DNA of 64,000 nucleotides from Octopus vulgaris (Eukaryota): NCBI GenBank assembly GCA_951406725.2, contig OX597835.1, positions 40,424,001 to 40,488,000 of the forward strand, read 5' to 3'. Shown piece by piece: positions 37,904 to 49,675 of this stretch (position 1 is its first letter; each line of letters starts with the position of its first letter). The notes under the pieces were generated by a model. It saw only the letters and a program-made list of their open reading frames with translations, ran no database searches and was not told where the DNA came from. The position numbers and the translations under genes were made by a program.

Positions 37904-40017
37904 GGTTAATATAAAGCGTTACGCCTTTCAGAAAATCAAAAAAAAAAATGTGTGTAATAGGTGTAAAACAACTTCCTATGAACGAATATGAAAAAAAAAT
38001 GCCCGCACGCGAAAGGGGGGTGGGGGAGAGGCCTCGGAAAATTCACATCGGGAAGTTCCGAAAGCGTCTGAGGGGCTGACCCGGGCACCAAAACGAAAAA
38101 AAAATAGTGTAATATGTGTAAAACAACTTGCTCTAAACGAATATGACAACAAAAATGCGCACTCGCGAAAGAGGGGTGGGGGAGAGGCCTCGGAAAATTT
38201 ATATCGGGAATTTCCGAAAGCGTCTGAACCGGGCACAAAAGCAAAAACAAAAACAGCGTAATAGGTGTAAAACAACTTGCTCTAAACGAATAGGATAAAA
38301 AAAATGCGCGCTCGCGAAAGAGGGGTGGGGAAGAGGCTTCGGAAATTTCCCATCTTCAGTCCACGGCCTTTAAACTAAGAAAAAATAGTGTAATTGGTGT
38401 AAAACTACTTGTTCTAAACGAGTATCAAGAACACACACTCACACATGAATCATAAACTCCGTATTTTTGTACATATTTCGCAAAAAAAAAAATAAAGAGA
38501 AGAAATTCTGGAAAAAGTGAAGAAATGTTGGATCTCCGCCATGTGAATCAAAATACGTGTCAGAAACATCTTGAAATACTACAGAAATTATGTTACGAAA
38601 ATGATAATATATACATACCTCTTTGAGTGGTCCATCGACAGTGTTGATAAAGAAATGAGATGGGTTGCGTTTGGAGGAAAAAATTATCTCGGGCCAGGAT
38701 AAAGACTTGCTGCTGCCAATAAGAATACGTGTATTCTCTTGGCAGCAGGTTTAATGCTGTCCATAAAAAGGAACTTCGCGAGGTATTGTTTTAAGTAACA
38801 GGCACGAATGCCTGGGCGAACAACCGATCTCTTCACTGACCCCCACAATCTCTCTATCGTCTGTGTGTGCACCGACGCGTTTGTCGGATCCACAAAGTTT
38901 TCGCTGTGGTTGATGCGGAAGTGGGTATACCCGAGATTTCCAAGAGAGTTATATGCAGCCCAAGAATCGCTATATACTACCGACCCTTGGCGTATATATC
39001 GGGTAATTAAGGGGATCAGTGTGGCGGCATCTCGCCTTTCCTCTTCACCACACTCAGATGAAAGAGGTATCAAAAATTTCTTTTTGGCTACTCGCTCGAT
39101 CCCACCGAAAAGCCAGATAGTTTTTGTGAGTCTTCCGCGATTGTATTTTCTCTTTACAATAACTGTTTCATCGATCTCCACTTCAACTCCTGGTCCACCG
39201 ATTTGGTCCTGGTAATTCTCTACCCAATGCTGACAAACCTCGGAGCAGAAGGATCGCCAATCAATTGAGGTCGGATGCGAAATGTTCAAATATTCCACGA
39301 CTAATGCGTGCAACCAACAGTCTGTGAGGAAGTAATTCACAAATAACAAGATTTTACAGGGTGGTAGCTGACTCCGCTCCAAAAATGTGTTGCTGTATAG
39401 GGATATTGAATATCCACATTGCGTTGGCCTTTGCCTTCGACGGCGAACAGTCCTTCCACATCGGAAGATGTTTGTATTTTCGTGCAATGTACATGGTAAA
39501 TTGCATCTAGGGCAGTCAACTGTGTTGGGAATGATATTATGTTTTCGAAAGAAATCTAATGCCTCACTGTCATTAGTAAATCGGCGAATCCCATCCTGTA
39601 ATGTTAATTCACATGAATTGCAAAGTGCCATTCTCTATCATACAACTTAACGCTTGTGTATCTACGACTGAAATGAATAAGAACTTGTTGGTACCAAGGA
39701 GCGGGAAATCCTCCACACCAGAAGATGGGATGAGTAAACACTGGTCAATGAAAGGTCAGTCTTTTGTCTAAGAACAGTTGTTTACAAGACGATTGTTGGT
39801 ACCAAGTTCTATTCAAGTTGTCCCTAAGGACAGTTGTCCTTAAGGACAGTCCTTTTGTGCCCGGTTCAGACGCTTTCGGAACTTCCCGATGTGAATTTTC
39901 CGAGGCCTCTCCCCCACCCCCCTTTCACGTGCGGGCATTTTTTTTTTCCTATTCGTTCATAGGAAGTTGTTTTACACCTATTACACACATTTTTTTTATT
40001 TTCTGAAAGGCGTAACC
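37904..40017 (-). mobile_element. Merlin-2 DNA transposon with long TIRs and subterminal tandem repeats
   Basis: gttacgcctttcagaaaat / attttctgaaaggcgtaacc ends; ~120-bp units at 37950-38350 mirrored once at 39850-40017; imperfect TSD gcaattt vs gcaaattt. Confidence 0.85.
38684..39631 (-). CDS. Merlin / IS1595-family transposase, intact 315 aa
   Basis: CPRC..C zinc ribbon, VEIDET..RKYNRGR, WLFGGIER, VYSDSWAAY, INHSENFVDP, HTQTIERLW. Confidence 0.93.
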   Translation of the reverse strand: MALCNSCELTLQDGIRRFTNDSEALDFFRKHNIIPNTVDCPRCNLPCTLHENTNIFRCGRTVRRRRQRPTQCGYSISLYSNTFLERSQLPPCKILLFVNYFLTDCWLHALVVEYLNISHPTSIDWRSFCSEVCQHWVENYQDQIGGPGVEVEIDETVIVKRKYNRGRLTKTIWLFGGIERVAKKKFLIPLSSECGEEERRDAATLIPLITRYIRQGSVVYSDSWAAYNSLGNLGYTHFRINHSENFVDPTNASVHTQTIERLWGSVKRSVVRPGIRACYLKQYLAKFLFMDSIKPAAKRIHVFLLAAASLYPGPR

Positions 40018-41334
40018 TGCAAATTTGAAGCCATCTAAGCTGCAAGAACACTTCAACAACCAGCACGATGGAGCTGATGCTGTAGGCTATGATGTTGAAT
40101 CATTGAAAGCTAGAAGAGCCCGTTTTGGTTCTCGAGCAACCCTTCCTAAATTAGGTTTTGTATCTGTTGATAAACTACTGCTGATGGGTTCATACCTAGT
40201 AACGTATAAAGTAGCCAAGTCCTAGAAGCCCCATACAATTGCAAAAGAGCTTATCAAACCATATGCATTAGAAATGGCAACAGTTGCTCTGGAAAAAGAA
40301 GCAAGAAGGAAGCTGGAATTGGTGCTGCCATCAAATAATGTTTTTCAGAGCCTAATTGGTGATTTGAGTTTGGATATTTTGGATTAAGTTATCACATATA
40401 TCAAGACTAGTCCCTTGAAAATCCCTGTTCAGTTGGATGAAACAACTGATGTTTCAAGTTGTAATCAGCTCATCGCATTAGTGAGGTATGTCCATGATGG
40501 CACCGTAAAGGAAGATTTCCTCTTCTGCAAAGATCTGAAAACAACCATGAAAGGAGATGTGTTCCAGTTTGTGAAAAAATTCTCTCCAAAGCATGATTTA
40601 GCAAACCAAATTATTGGTTCTGTGTGTACTGATGGTGCTCCTGCTATGCTAGGAAATAAATCTGGATTTTCTCCACTGATGAAGTGGGAGATTTCACACT
40701 TGCAAGACACCCATGGCTTCCCTCATTGTCATGCTTCGGCATCGAAAATGTTGCCCTCAAAGTTGAAAGTCCTCAACACTTCTATAAAGATCATCAACTT
40801 GATTAGGGTCGCGCTCTGAACCACTGCCTTTTTAAGTTGATTTGGGAAGATCTTGGAAATGAACATACAGTTTTGCTTTTCCACACAGAAGTCCGCTGGA
40901 TTTCATGCAGGAGAGCTTTAACTCATTTCTTTGAACTGTGAGAAGAAATCAAGGCTTTTCTGGAGGAACGTGACTAGGATTTGTCTCTGTCTGTTCCCAA
41001 TGCATTCTCAAAGGGCTCAACCAAATCAAATCAAATTTTACATAGTAATAGCATCAGACCCCATTAACATTGGCACTGGTTCAGTATTACATGTCAAAAG
41101 TGAAAGAATAACATCTATATTGTAATGTGATATAATATTGTTTCACTTTTAATTCTGATTATTGATATTGATATATATATAAAATGCTTCTATCTATGAT
41201 AGTTAATTTGCTTATATTTGGTTAATTTATACTGCATACAAAAATAAAGACATACTACATACATACAACTACTTACAATAATAGGGATTAATGTATAATG
41301 TTCATAATTTTTGATATACAATATTGAAAAAAAT

Positions 41335-42386
41335 ATGCCACCAAGGAAAAGATGTAATCTCTCCAGAAACAAGTATAAAGCAAGGAGGATTGTAGAAAAC
41401 CGAAGGTGAGAGACTGAAGAGAGAAAGGAGATGAGACTTTCTCAAGCTCAGCAAACACATACTGCAGTACGTCAAGTGGAGTCTCAAGACAGAAACGAGA
41501 TGAGACTTTCTAGGTATCAGCAAAGGTATACTGCAGCACATCAGATGGAGTCTCAAGAGAAAAGGGAGATGAGACTTTTTCAAGATCAGCAAATGCATGC
41601 TGCAACACTTATAGGCAGCGGTCCAATAGGAGATCTCTCAGAAACAGACTACGTACAAATTCGTTCTTCATAACTCCTGGAACTGCTTTCAGATATGATC
41701 CATCCCATTCTTGTAAAAATGATAATTTTGTCCAAATTGGTGGGCTAAACTCAAATTGTCATTTCTGAAAAACTTCAAAATTTCCAAATGAAACTAATGG
41801 CATGTGCTGTTCAGGCGGTAAGGTAAGATTGCCAGCACTACCAGCTCCTCTCAACCTCTTTTAGATCTTCAGGTAGGCACTTCCATCCACTCAAAAGATT
41901 TTTTTAACAATATCAGACAATACAACTCTGCATTTCAAATGACATCTTTTGGTACATCTAAGGAGATGGATTTACGCCAATGTTCAAAGTTCAAGGGCAA
42001 GTCTATCACCGCATTGGTTCCCTGTTACTCACAAATGAGTATGAGTGATGTAGGACAACAAACCCTAAAGAGGTGTAAAAACCTCAAAGGTGGGTCATGT
42101 TAGACGCAGCACTGACTGCCACAAAGGAGAGTATATCCACTGACTGCTTTTCGGTGCATTCAAAAATCATATACCCCCCCCCCCAATTTCTCATGACAGG
42201 TTAGGGCCTGAAACACTCCAAACAGAAGCATAGCATGTTGCCTAGTCGAATTAGCCCATCATTTACTCCGCAAATGTTTTGTGGTCAATGCTGCACTTTC
42301 CCGTATCACCTGTTTCAATATAACTATACACACACACACACACACTATGCCATTTTATCCCGAGCAACGCCGGGTATCTCTGCTAG
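41335..42386 (+). mobile_element. Internally deleted Helitron (RepHel N-terminal remnant)
   Basis: CHF..KFPNETNGMCCSGGKV, NIRQYNSAFQMTSFG, FKVQGQVYHRIGSLL; 3' hairpin cccgagcaacgccggg plus CTAG|T. Confidence 0.85.
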
Positions 42387-43497
42387 TATAATTATATATT
42401 TCTATATATGAATTTTATCTAAGAGTATTTTTATGCTGGCCACTGATAAAATTCATTAATTTTAATGATTTTATCCTTTACTAATACATCTGTTTGTTTT
42501 GTACACCACCTGTATTCGTCTTTTGTTTTTTTCGTAAACTTTCCCTATATATATATAAAATGAGATAGGGGTTGTAAATTCAACCCTCCATGGGATAACA
42601 TATATCCAATATACTGCTAGAGAAGTACCCAACAAAGCTAATACATAAATGTTAAAAATTGCGATGCAATTAATTCATTTACTGTATTAGGTGGGCAAAG
42701 GTAAAATTATTTTTACCGTAAATTAATAATACAAAATGAGAAAATGGAGAAATATATCTAAATCAATCATCAACTATCAGATAATACCGAATCATATACT
42801 TTATTAAAAACACTACACAATAGCAATGAGATTAGACATTAATACAGTACAATAATTACAATCAATATGGTGAGATATAACTAAATATATATAACAAGCT
42901 ATAAAAATACATTGTTATATTTATCTAGTTATATCTCACCATATTAATTGTAATTATTGTACTGTATCAATGTCTAATCTCATTGCAATTGTGTAGTGTT
43001 TTAATAAAGTATATGATTCGGTATTATCTGATAGTTGATGATTGATTTAGATATATTTCTCCATTTTCTCATTTTGAGTATATATATATATATATCTAAC
43101 GTTTTCAAATAGCCAGATAACCGAAGAGATGGTGTTGTGGATTTCCACTTCGGCATCTGAAACTCAGAGTTTTATCTTGACTACCGAGTAATGTAACATA
43201 TTGTATAGATAAATTTCCTCTATTTACATAATATTGAGGTCTCTTTCTTTCTTTTGTTATCTTACCGTTTTATCAATATATATATATATATATACACGCA
43301 CACATATTTTTTCTAAATGTATTAATTTACAACTGCATCCCCCGTCCTCGGTATTTTTAGCAAAGTACAAAGTATTGAAACCGGCACAAAGTTCACGAGA
43401 CGCAGCAATTTATTATATTCTAAATTAAAACAATAACAATAATAAAAATGATTCTACCCTGATACGAAAATAAAAACGTCAACCCATTTTCGGCTGA

Positions 43498-43526
43498 TTT
43501 GGCGGGAGTTTTGCAGGCAGCACGTG
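43498..43526 (+). promoter_or_regulatory. UNG promoter-proximal E2F site and E-box
   Basis: TTTGGCGGGAG at 43498 and CACGTG at 43521, 60-85 bp upstream of the ATG; second E2F-like site ctcccgcctaaa at ~43773. Confidence 0.55.
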
Positions 43527-43582
43527 GTGGTTTGTGTTTATCTCTCGAGCTTATCTCTGTTGTCAATTTATCTGTAATCGCA

Positions 43583-43657
43583 ATGCCCGGACAAGTCAAA
43601 ATATCTTCGTTTTTTACTCCTTCGCCAGCAATGAAACGAGCCAGGAGCCCTTCCCCG
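43583..43657 (+). CDS. UNG: Uracil-DNA glycosylase first coding exon (nuclear UNG2-type, PIP box)
   Basis: MPGQVKISSFFTPSPAMKRARSPSP then gtaagt; resembles human UNG2 MIGQKTLYSFFSPSPARKR; phase 0 joins 62947. Confidence 0.85.
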
Positions 43658-43954
43658 GTAAGTTGAAGAAGCAATAAGAATGTTTTAATAAGTTTTAGCT
43701 TCAGTTTATTATTTTTAAATGTCACCAGACAGTGTGTTTATAGTTAATGAGGTTTTCAGTTAACACAGGTGCCTCCCGCCTAAATTTCTTTCCTCACAAC
43801 TTGCAGAAAAATTGATATTTCTTGATGAAATTTTCTACAAATACGTTTCAGATGCTGTGGATTCCGATTATATCGGAATTTGTCTTGAAAAACATTTCCG
43901 TGGCTGCGGAGAAAAGTTTCGGAAATTTTACGGATAAAAACACGTGTGTGTGTG

Positions 43955-44020
<66 letters not shown>

Positions 44021-44161
44021 TACGTGTAATATATATATATATATATATACACGTGTGTGCATACATATATGCACACACACACAAATACATATATATATAT
44101 ATATCTGGTTTGTTTTGTACACGACCTGTCTTCGTCTTTTGTTTTTTTTTTCGTAAACTCT

Positions 44162-44201
<40 letters not shown>

Positions 44202-44807
44202 GGCATTGCCGATATATATATAATAACAAAGGGTAAAATTAATTAATTAAGAAGTAATCAGTAATTTCACCAAACTTCGGTATGTGGTGAAGCAAATCTT
44301 TGCTGAACCCTAATTATAAAGTATATAGGCGAAGTTTCGTATGTCGCGAATCTTTAAGAATTTTTTAAAAACTTTTCTTGAAAGAAACACTCAAATTCCT
44401 TGTCCAACTTCAAATATCCATCAACTCCCCACTTTCAAAAAGCTAAAAACTCCCAATGTTTCACTTTTAACTTTTTAGAAAGTGAGGAAGTTTTTCCAGA
44501 AATAATGTCGTTTAGCTGCTGTTTCTAGCATGTCGGATTTTCTGGTAATGGTCTGATATTTTTGAATGTGTGAAACATCAAGGGAATTTTGAGCTTTTTG
44601 AAAGCGGGGAGGTGATGGGTGGGGATTCAATTTTTTTTTTTAATCCCAGATTCGTAATCTCTGTTTTTCTACATGGATTAAAAAGAATTCGAAAAAAAAA
44701 GTTAATAATTAAGAAATTGGGGTGGAAGAAATTAAAACTTTGAAAGCGTGGTTTTGGGACAAAATCGTATTCTTCAATATCGTAAACAGATATTTAAAAA
44801 AAAAAAT

Positions 44808-44847
<40 letters not shown>

Positions 44848-45114
44848 GTCCCGTTTTTAGCACAACAGACTTTGCGATAGAAAAGAAAACAAAAACGAAA
44901 GAATGCCTTTTTTTCTTCTTTTCAAATTTTTATTTACCCAAGATTATTTTTGGTTTTTGAGTTACATTTTTTTCCCCGTTTTTTACAGTCTATCAAAAAT
45001 ACAAAAAGAAAAAACAGATATGGTTAAGATAGTTTCAAACTTTGGCGATCCTTCGGTATAGGTACCGGAAGTGGCTTTGTTTACATTTCTGGAGATAACA
45101 GAAACCCTTTTCTC

Positions 45115-47687
45115 GGTTAATATCTAGATCCGCACCCGGTGGAAAAAATGGAAACGCAAATGTGTAACAGTTGTAAGGCATCGTATATTGACGTAATAAG
45201 ACGGAAAAAAAGGGCGCTGACGAACGGGGGGGGGGTCAGAAAATTCCCAGGATCAACCTGGAATCTAAAATGTGTAACAGTTGTAAGGCATCGTATATTG
45301 ACGGAATAAGACGTAAAAAAAGGGCACTGACGAACGGGGGTGGGGGGGGGTCGGAAAATTCCCAGGATCAACCGTAGAGGATCCACGCCCAGGTGGCAAA
45401 AATGGAAAAAAATATGTGTAAGAGGTGTAAGGCATCGTATATTGAAGGAATATGACGAAAAAAAAGCGCGCTGACAAACGGGGGTGGGTGGGGAGGGGGT
45501 CGGAAAATTCCCAGGATCAACCGTAGAGGATCCACGCCCAGGTGGATCCCGGGCCAGGGATAGAAGTAGAAATAGATGAGACAGTCTTGGTTAGGAGGAA
45601 ATATAACAGGGGGAGACTTGTGAAAACTATTTGGCTATTTGGCAGAATCGAAAGAGATTCCAAGAAAAATTTTTTGATACCCCTGACATCAGAATGTGGT
45701 GAAATTCTAAGGCGAGATTCTTCCACACTAATTCCATTAATTAGACGCCACATTAAACCTGGTTCAACTGTATATAGTGATTGTTGGCCCGTATATAAGT
45801 TGGGCTGGCACTTCCGGTTGACCACATTGAGTGACCACATTGCCGGAAGTGCCAGCTCTAATTGCGTGCGCAGGCAGCGTGGAAAAGCCTTTCAAATGTG
45901 TGTATTCGCAGTGACTAGACGTACTCTTCCCTTTAACGAAAATATTATTTGAATTTATCTTTAATCTGGTCATTTTAATTTGCATGATGGCATCGTGTGT
46001 TATTCCGTGCGAGCTGAGTCTGTATGACGGGATTTCGAGATTTCGGCAAAACGATGAAACAGCATTAGAATTTTTTCGGGAACATGGAGTAATACCAAGA
46101 AATGTGAATTGCCCCACGTGCAATTCACCGTGTATTCTACGAAATGGAACACATATATTTCGTTGCAGGAAAATGGTTCGCAGAAGAAGACAGAAGGCGA
46201 CAGAATGTGGTTTTTCTGTTTCCATATTTAAGAACACCTTTTTGAATCGGAGTAGATTAACCCCCTGGAAAATTCTTTTGTATGTAAACCATTTCTTAAC
46301 AGAAGGTTGGTCGCACCAAGCAGTTATTGAGAATTTAGATATATCGCTTGCTACGTCCGTTGATTGGAGGTCCTTCTGCTCTGAAGTCTGTCTTCATTGG
46401 GCCGCAAATTCCCAAACACCAATTGGAGGGCCAGGGATAGAAGTAGAAATAGATGAGACAGTCTTGGTTAGGAGGAAATATAACAGGGGGAGACTTGTGA
46501 AAACTATTTGGCTATTTGGCGGAATCGAAAGAGATTCCAAGAAAAATTTTTTGATACCCCTGACATCAGAATGTGGTGAAATTCTAAGGCGAGATTCTTC
46601 CACACTAATTCCATTAATTAGACGCCACATTAAACCTGGTTCAACTGTATATAGTGATTGTTGGCCCGTATATAATAGGTTAGATACATTAGGCTACACG
46701 CATTTTTAGATAAATCACAGCCAGAATTTTGTAGATCCAACAAACCCATCTATACATACACAGACAATAGAAAGATTTTGGGGGAGCTTAAAAAAAAACG
46801 TCATAAGAGCAGGAATTAAATCGTGTTACTTAAAACAATATGTAGCTACATACCAATTCATGCAAGCTTTCCGCCCTGCTCCCAAAAGGATTCATGAATT
46901 TTTATTGCAAGCTGCGAATTTGTATCCTGGGCAATAAAGATGTTCGACCAATTTCCACGTGGCTGCTGTAACAACTGACAACGTTAAAGAATTTGAAATA
47001 GAAGCGTGGTAGATTTGTTGAAAATAATCAGCAAATCTACCACGCATGTGGTAAGTACAGATTATATTTTCCCAATATTATGGATTGTCACAGAATAATT
47101 ATCAATCGCAACTTCAAAAATTCAAATTCCATTACTTCAGTTTTCACTTTTTGTTTGTAAAATAAAAAAAAATATATATATCGCCCGGCGTTGCTCGGGT
47201 TTGTAAGGGAAATAACTATAAAGCATTTTTAGCAAAAATATTGAAAAATATTGAAAATAGCAAAAAAATTGAAATTCTCGACCCCATGTCGAATTTATCG
47301 ATTTTTTTCAGAACTGGGGGAACTTTTCAAAATTTTCGCTGCGTTAGTTTTGAATTATGACATTGGGCTATGTGTGTGTCAAGTTTCATCAGAATCGGTT
47401 GAAAGCCGTGGTCAGGGTGAGGGTACAACCTGACAGACACACAGAAAAACTGCCGTTTATATATAGAGATTTTTAGAGAGTTACTTCCCTTATGCCAACA
47501 ATGCGTTTAAATGGTGAAAATTGATGGTAAATTTTTCTTTAAATCGTAGGCAATTTTCCGAGCCCCCTCCCCCCCCGTTTGTCAGCGCGCTTTTTTTTCG
47601 TCATATTCCTTCAATATACGATGCCTTACACCTCTTACACATTTGCGTTTCCATTTTTTCCACCGGGTGCGGATCTAGATATTAACC
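45115..47687 (+). mobile_element. Merlin-3 DNA transposon
   Basis: TIR ggttaatatctagatccgcacccggtgg at both ends; exact 8-bp TSD cttttctc; subterminal repeats; Helitron insertion near 47180-47470. Confidence 0.93.
45984..46937 (+). pseudogene. Merlin-3 transposase with a single in-frame TAG at 46707-46709
   Basis: Clear paralog of 38684-39631; frame continues INHSQNFVDP...HTQTIERFW...LYPGQ after the stop. Confidence 0.9.
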
Positions 47688-48843
47688 CTTTTCTCCTAAC
47701 ATCCCATATTTATAAAAAAAAAACAACACTTTCTTGAAATGTATCTGGTACTTCCGGTACCTATACCGAAGTTACGCCCAAACTTTTATTCAACCTCTTC
47801 GTACCCGCTCCATTTTTTTTTTTAAGTTTGAGCCGGGGAGGACGGTTGGCGACCCCTCGATATTGGTATAGCGTTGGAATCAGGACAGGACGTCATTCGC
47901 CCTATTAAAGAAATTAAATATTACACAGAGAATGTGAATATTTGTTGACAACGGAAACTCGAGTTAGCAACCCGACAGAAGAATAGAGCGGAGATTATGT
48001 AATTAGTTCATAATGGAAAGTTCTTCAGATTTCGAATTTTCGATTTTGGTCCTTGAATCACTTTTATCTCGCGATGTTCGACGATCACTTCAACACTTGA
48101 CGCGTGGCACACCGTGTGCCTGTTCAGATAAAGTCAATTTGAAGAGGGGGAGCTCATATGCGACACGAACATTTGATAACAATAAACAAATCATTCGTGC
48201 ATGTCGTTCGGCAAACGAAGAGTCTGTTAAATAGAAAAAGTCTTTTACGTTTCGAGCCTACGCTCTTCTACAGAAAGGTACACAGAAAAAACAAGGAGAG
48301 AAAAAAATGTGTGTAGTGGCTAACAATATATATATATACATCTAATATAGGATGAAATTTTTTACGAAAAGAAATTTTATCAATGGCCAGCATATTAAAA
48401 AAATACCTTCAAAGGTTAAATTTTTTATTTTAATTTATTTATTTTTGTCCCACACTCGTTCGGCAACGTTTTCGCTTTCGGCCATTTTTAGATTTACAGT
48501 TTTTAAAAGTAGGGAGTAAAGATTTACTAAAACTACTGACGGAAACCAAACACCGCCCAAATTAACTTTTTCCGTGTAAAGATTGTTTTTTGTTTTGTTT
48601 TGTTTTGTTCCTTGCATAATGGCAATTATTATAACTTGGTTTGCGAGTTGGTTATTGAAATAAAATACAAGAGACTTTGGATTTTTGACACTTCTCTAAA
48701 TGAAGAGATGCTGTCGGTGACATGAGGGTAAATTTGAAGTTTATAGATTGTTTTCGGAACAGTAAAATTCGGCAACGTGCTTTTTGGTTTTTGTTGTTTT
48801 TTCTTTCTTTTAGCAATGGAATATTTTTTTAAAATTCATAATT

Positions 48844-49230
48844 CTACAAGAAGTCATCGGAATCCGTGCTTGAGTCATCAAAACCAATGCGTAACCAGCC
48901 TATTGATTTATATCGGGCTGTTATACTTTGGCCATCGTTAAGCGTCGTGAACTTCGATTGTGATAGTGCCGCCGCCGTAACGTGAACCCTTATCTTCAAG
49001 TCTGGTTGACTCCGCCTTTGCAGCTCTTTGAAAACGTATAGCCTCCTATTGTCAGTGCTGTAGTATTTCCCATCCTTTAGGTAAACCGAAATTACAGGAA
49101 TGCCGTCAGGCGTGATTGTACCTTTGACTAAATCTGAAATGGTTTCTGTCAATGTTGTCCCGTTACGGAACTTACAGGCAATTGAATCTTGAGTATAGCG
49201 GATGTCGCTTGGACTGAGTCTAAGGCTCAT
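48844..49230 (-). CDS. Intronless 128-aa protein, putative ParB/sulfiredoxin-like domain, nested antisense in UNG intron 1
   Basis: ATG to TAG intact, non-repetitive; PSDIRYTQDSI, IPVISV, YSTDNRRLYVFK and KFTT.N.G motifs. Confidence 0.7.
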   Translation of the reverse strand: MSLRLSPSDIRYTQDSIACKFRNGTTLTETISDLVKGTITPDGIPVISVYLKDGKYYSTDNRRLYVFKELQRRSQPDLKIRVHVTAAALSQSKFTTLNDGQSITARYKSIGWLRIGFDDSSTDSDDFL

Positions 49231-49658
49231 TGTGTTTGTGAGTGTATATATAGTCTTCGTACCAGGTGGAAAGAAATACCGTAGATGCTATTGAAAATAA
49301 TTCAAGAGAGGAAAGTTTACTCACAGTATGTATATTTCCAGGATTTCTAAATTCAGTCGAGAAATGACATCGAAAGGATCGTTCGTAATCAAGGAGAATT
49401 GCCGATACTTAATGCATAGAATTCGATTAACGTAGTGTGTAGAAGTCTTAATTAATATTCCATAGTATCCGAAGTGATTGATTGAAATATAATATTGTAG
49501 AAGTGAAGGCTGGTTGAGATGTGTGAATGTATATAATTTCAGTTGCGAGTGTGTTTAGCAAGCGACGACTTGAGGTGATAGGAAGCGAATGCATCATCTG
49601 AAATAGCCAGGGTATAAAATACAGAAGTGCGCGCGCGATTATGCTTTTCGTGGAAATT

Positions 49659-49675
49659 AAAGTGAAAGTGAAAGT
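49659..49675. promoter_or_regulatory. IRF-element/ISRE-like tandem motif
   Basis: AAAGTGAAAGTGAAAGT ~430 bp upstream of the 49230 ATG. Confidence 0.4.

Larger units (their letters stand above)
37808..40980 (+). pseudogene. Decayed hAT (Buster/Charlie, ZBED5/8-like) transposase interrupted by Merlin-2
   Basis: YVRFGF..QCVLC..|LKPSKL..H; LDETTDVS..QL..VRY; CTDGAPAMLG; HTEVRW; stops and frameshifts. Confidence 0.85.
45044..47778. mobile_element. MITE family B copy split by the Merlin-3 insertion
   Basis: ggcgatccttcggtataggtaccggaagt / acttccggtacctataccgaagttacgcc ends; exact 8-bp TSD caaacttt. Confidence 0.88.

Noticed and set aside
43420-43725. 101-aa minus-strand ORF
   Set aside because: Antisense shadow of UNG exon 1 and its promoter
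28119-46937. Bacterial IS1595 contamination
   Set aside because: Elements are integrated with TSDs among eukaryotic repeats and contain Helitron or microsatellite insertions; they fit eukaryotic Merlin
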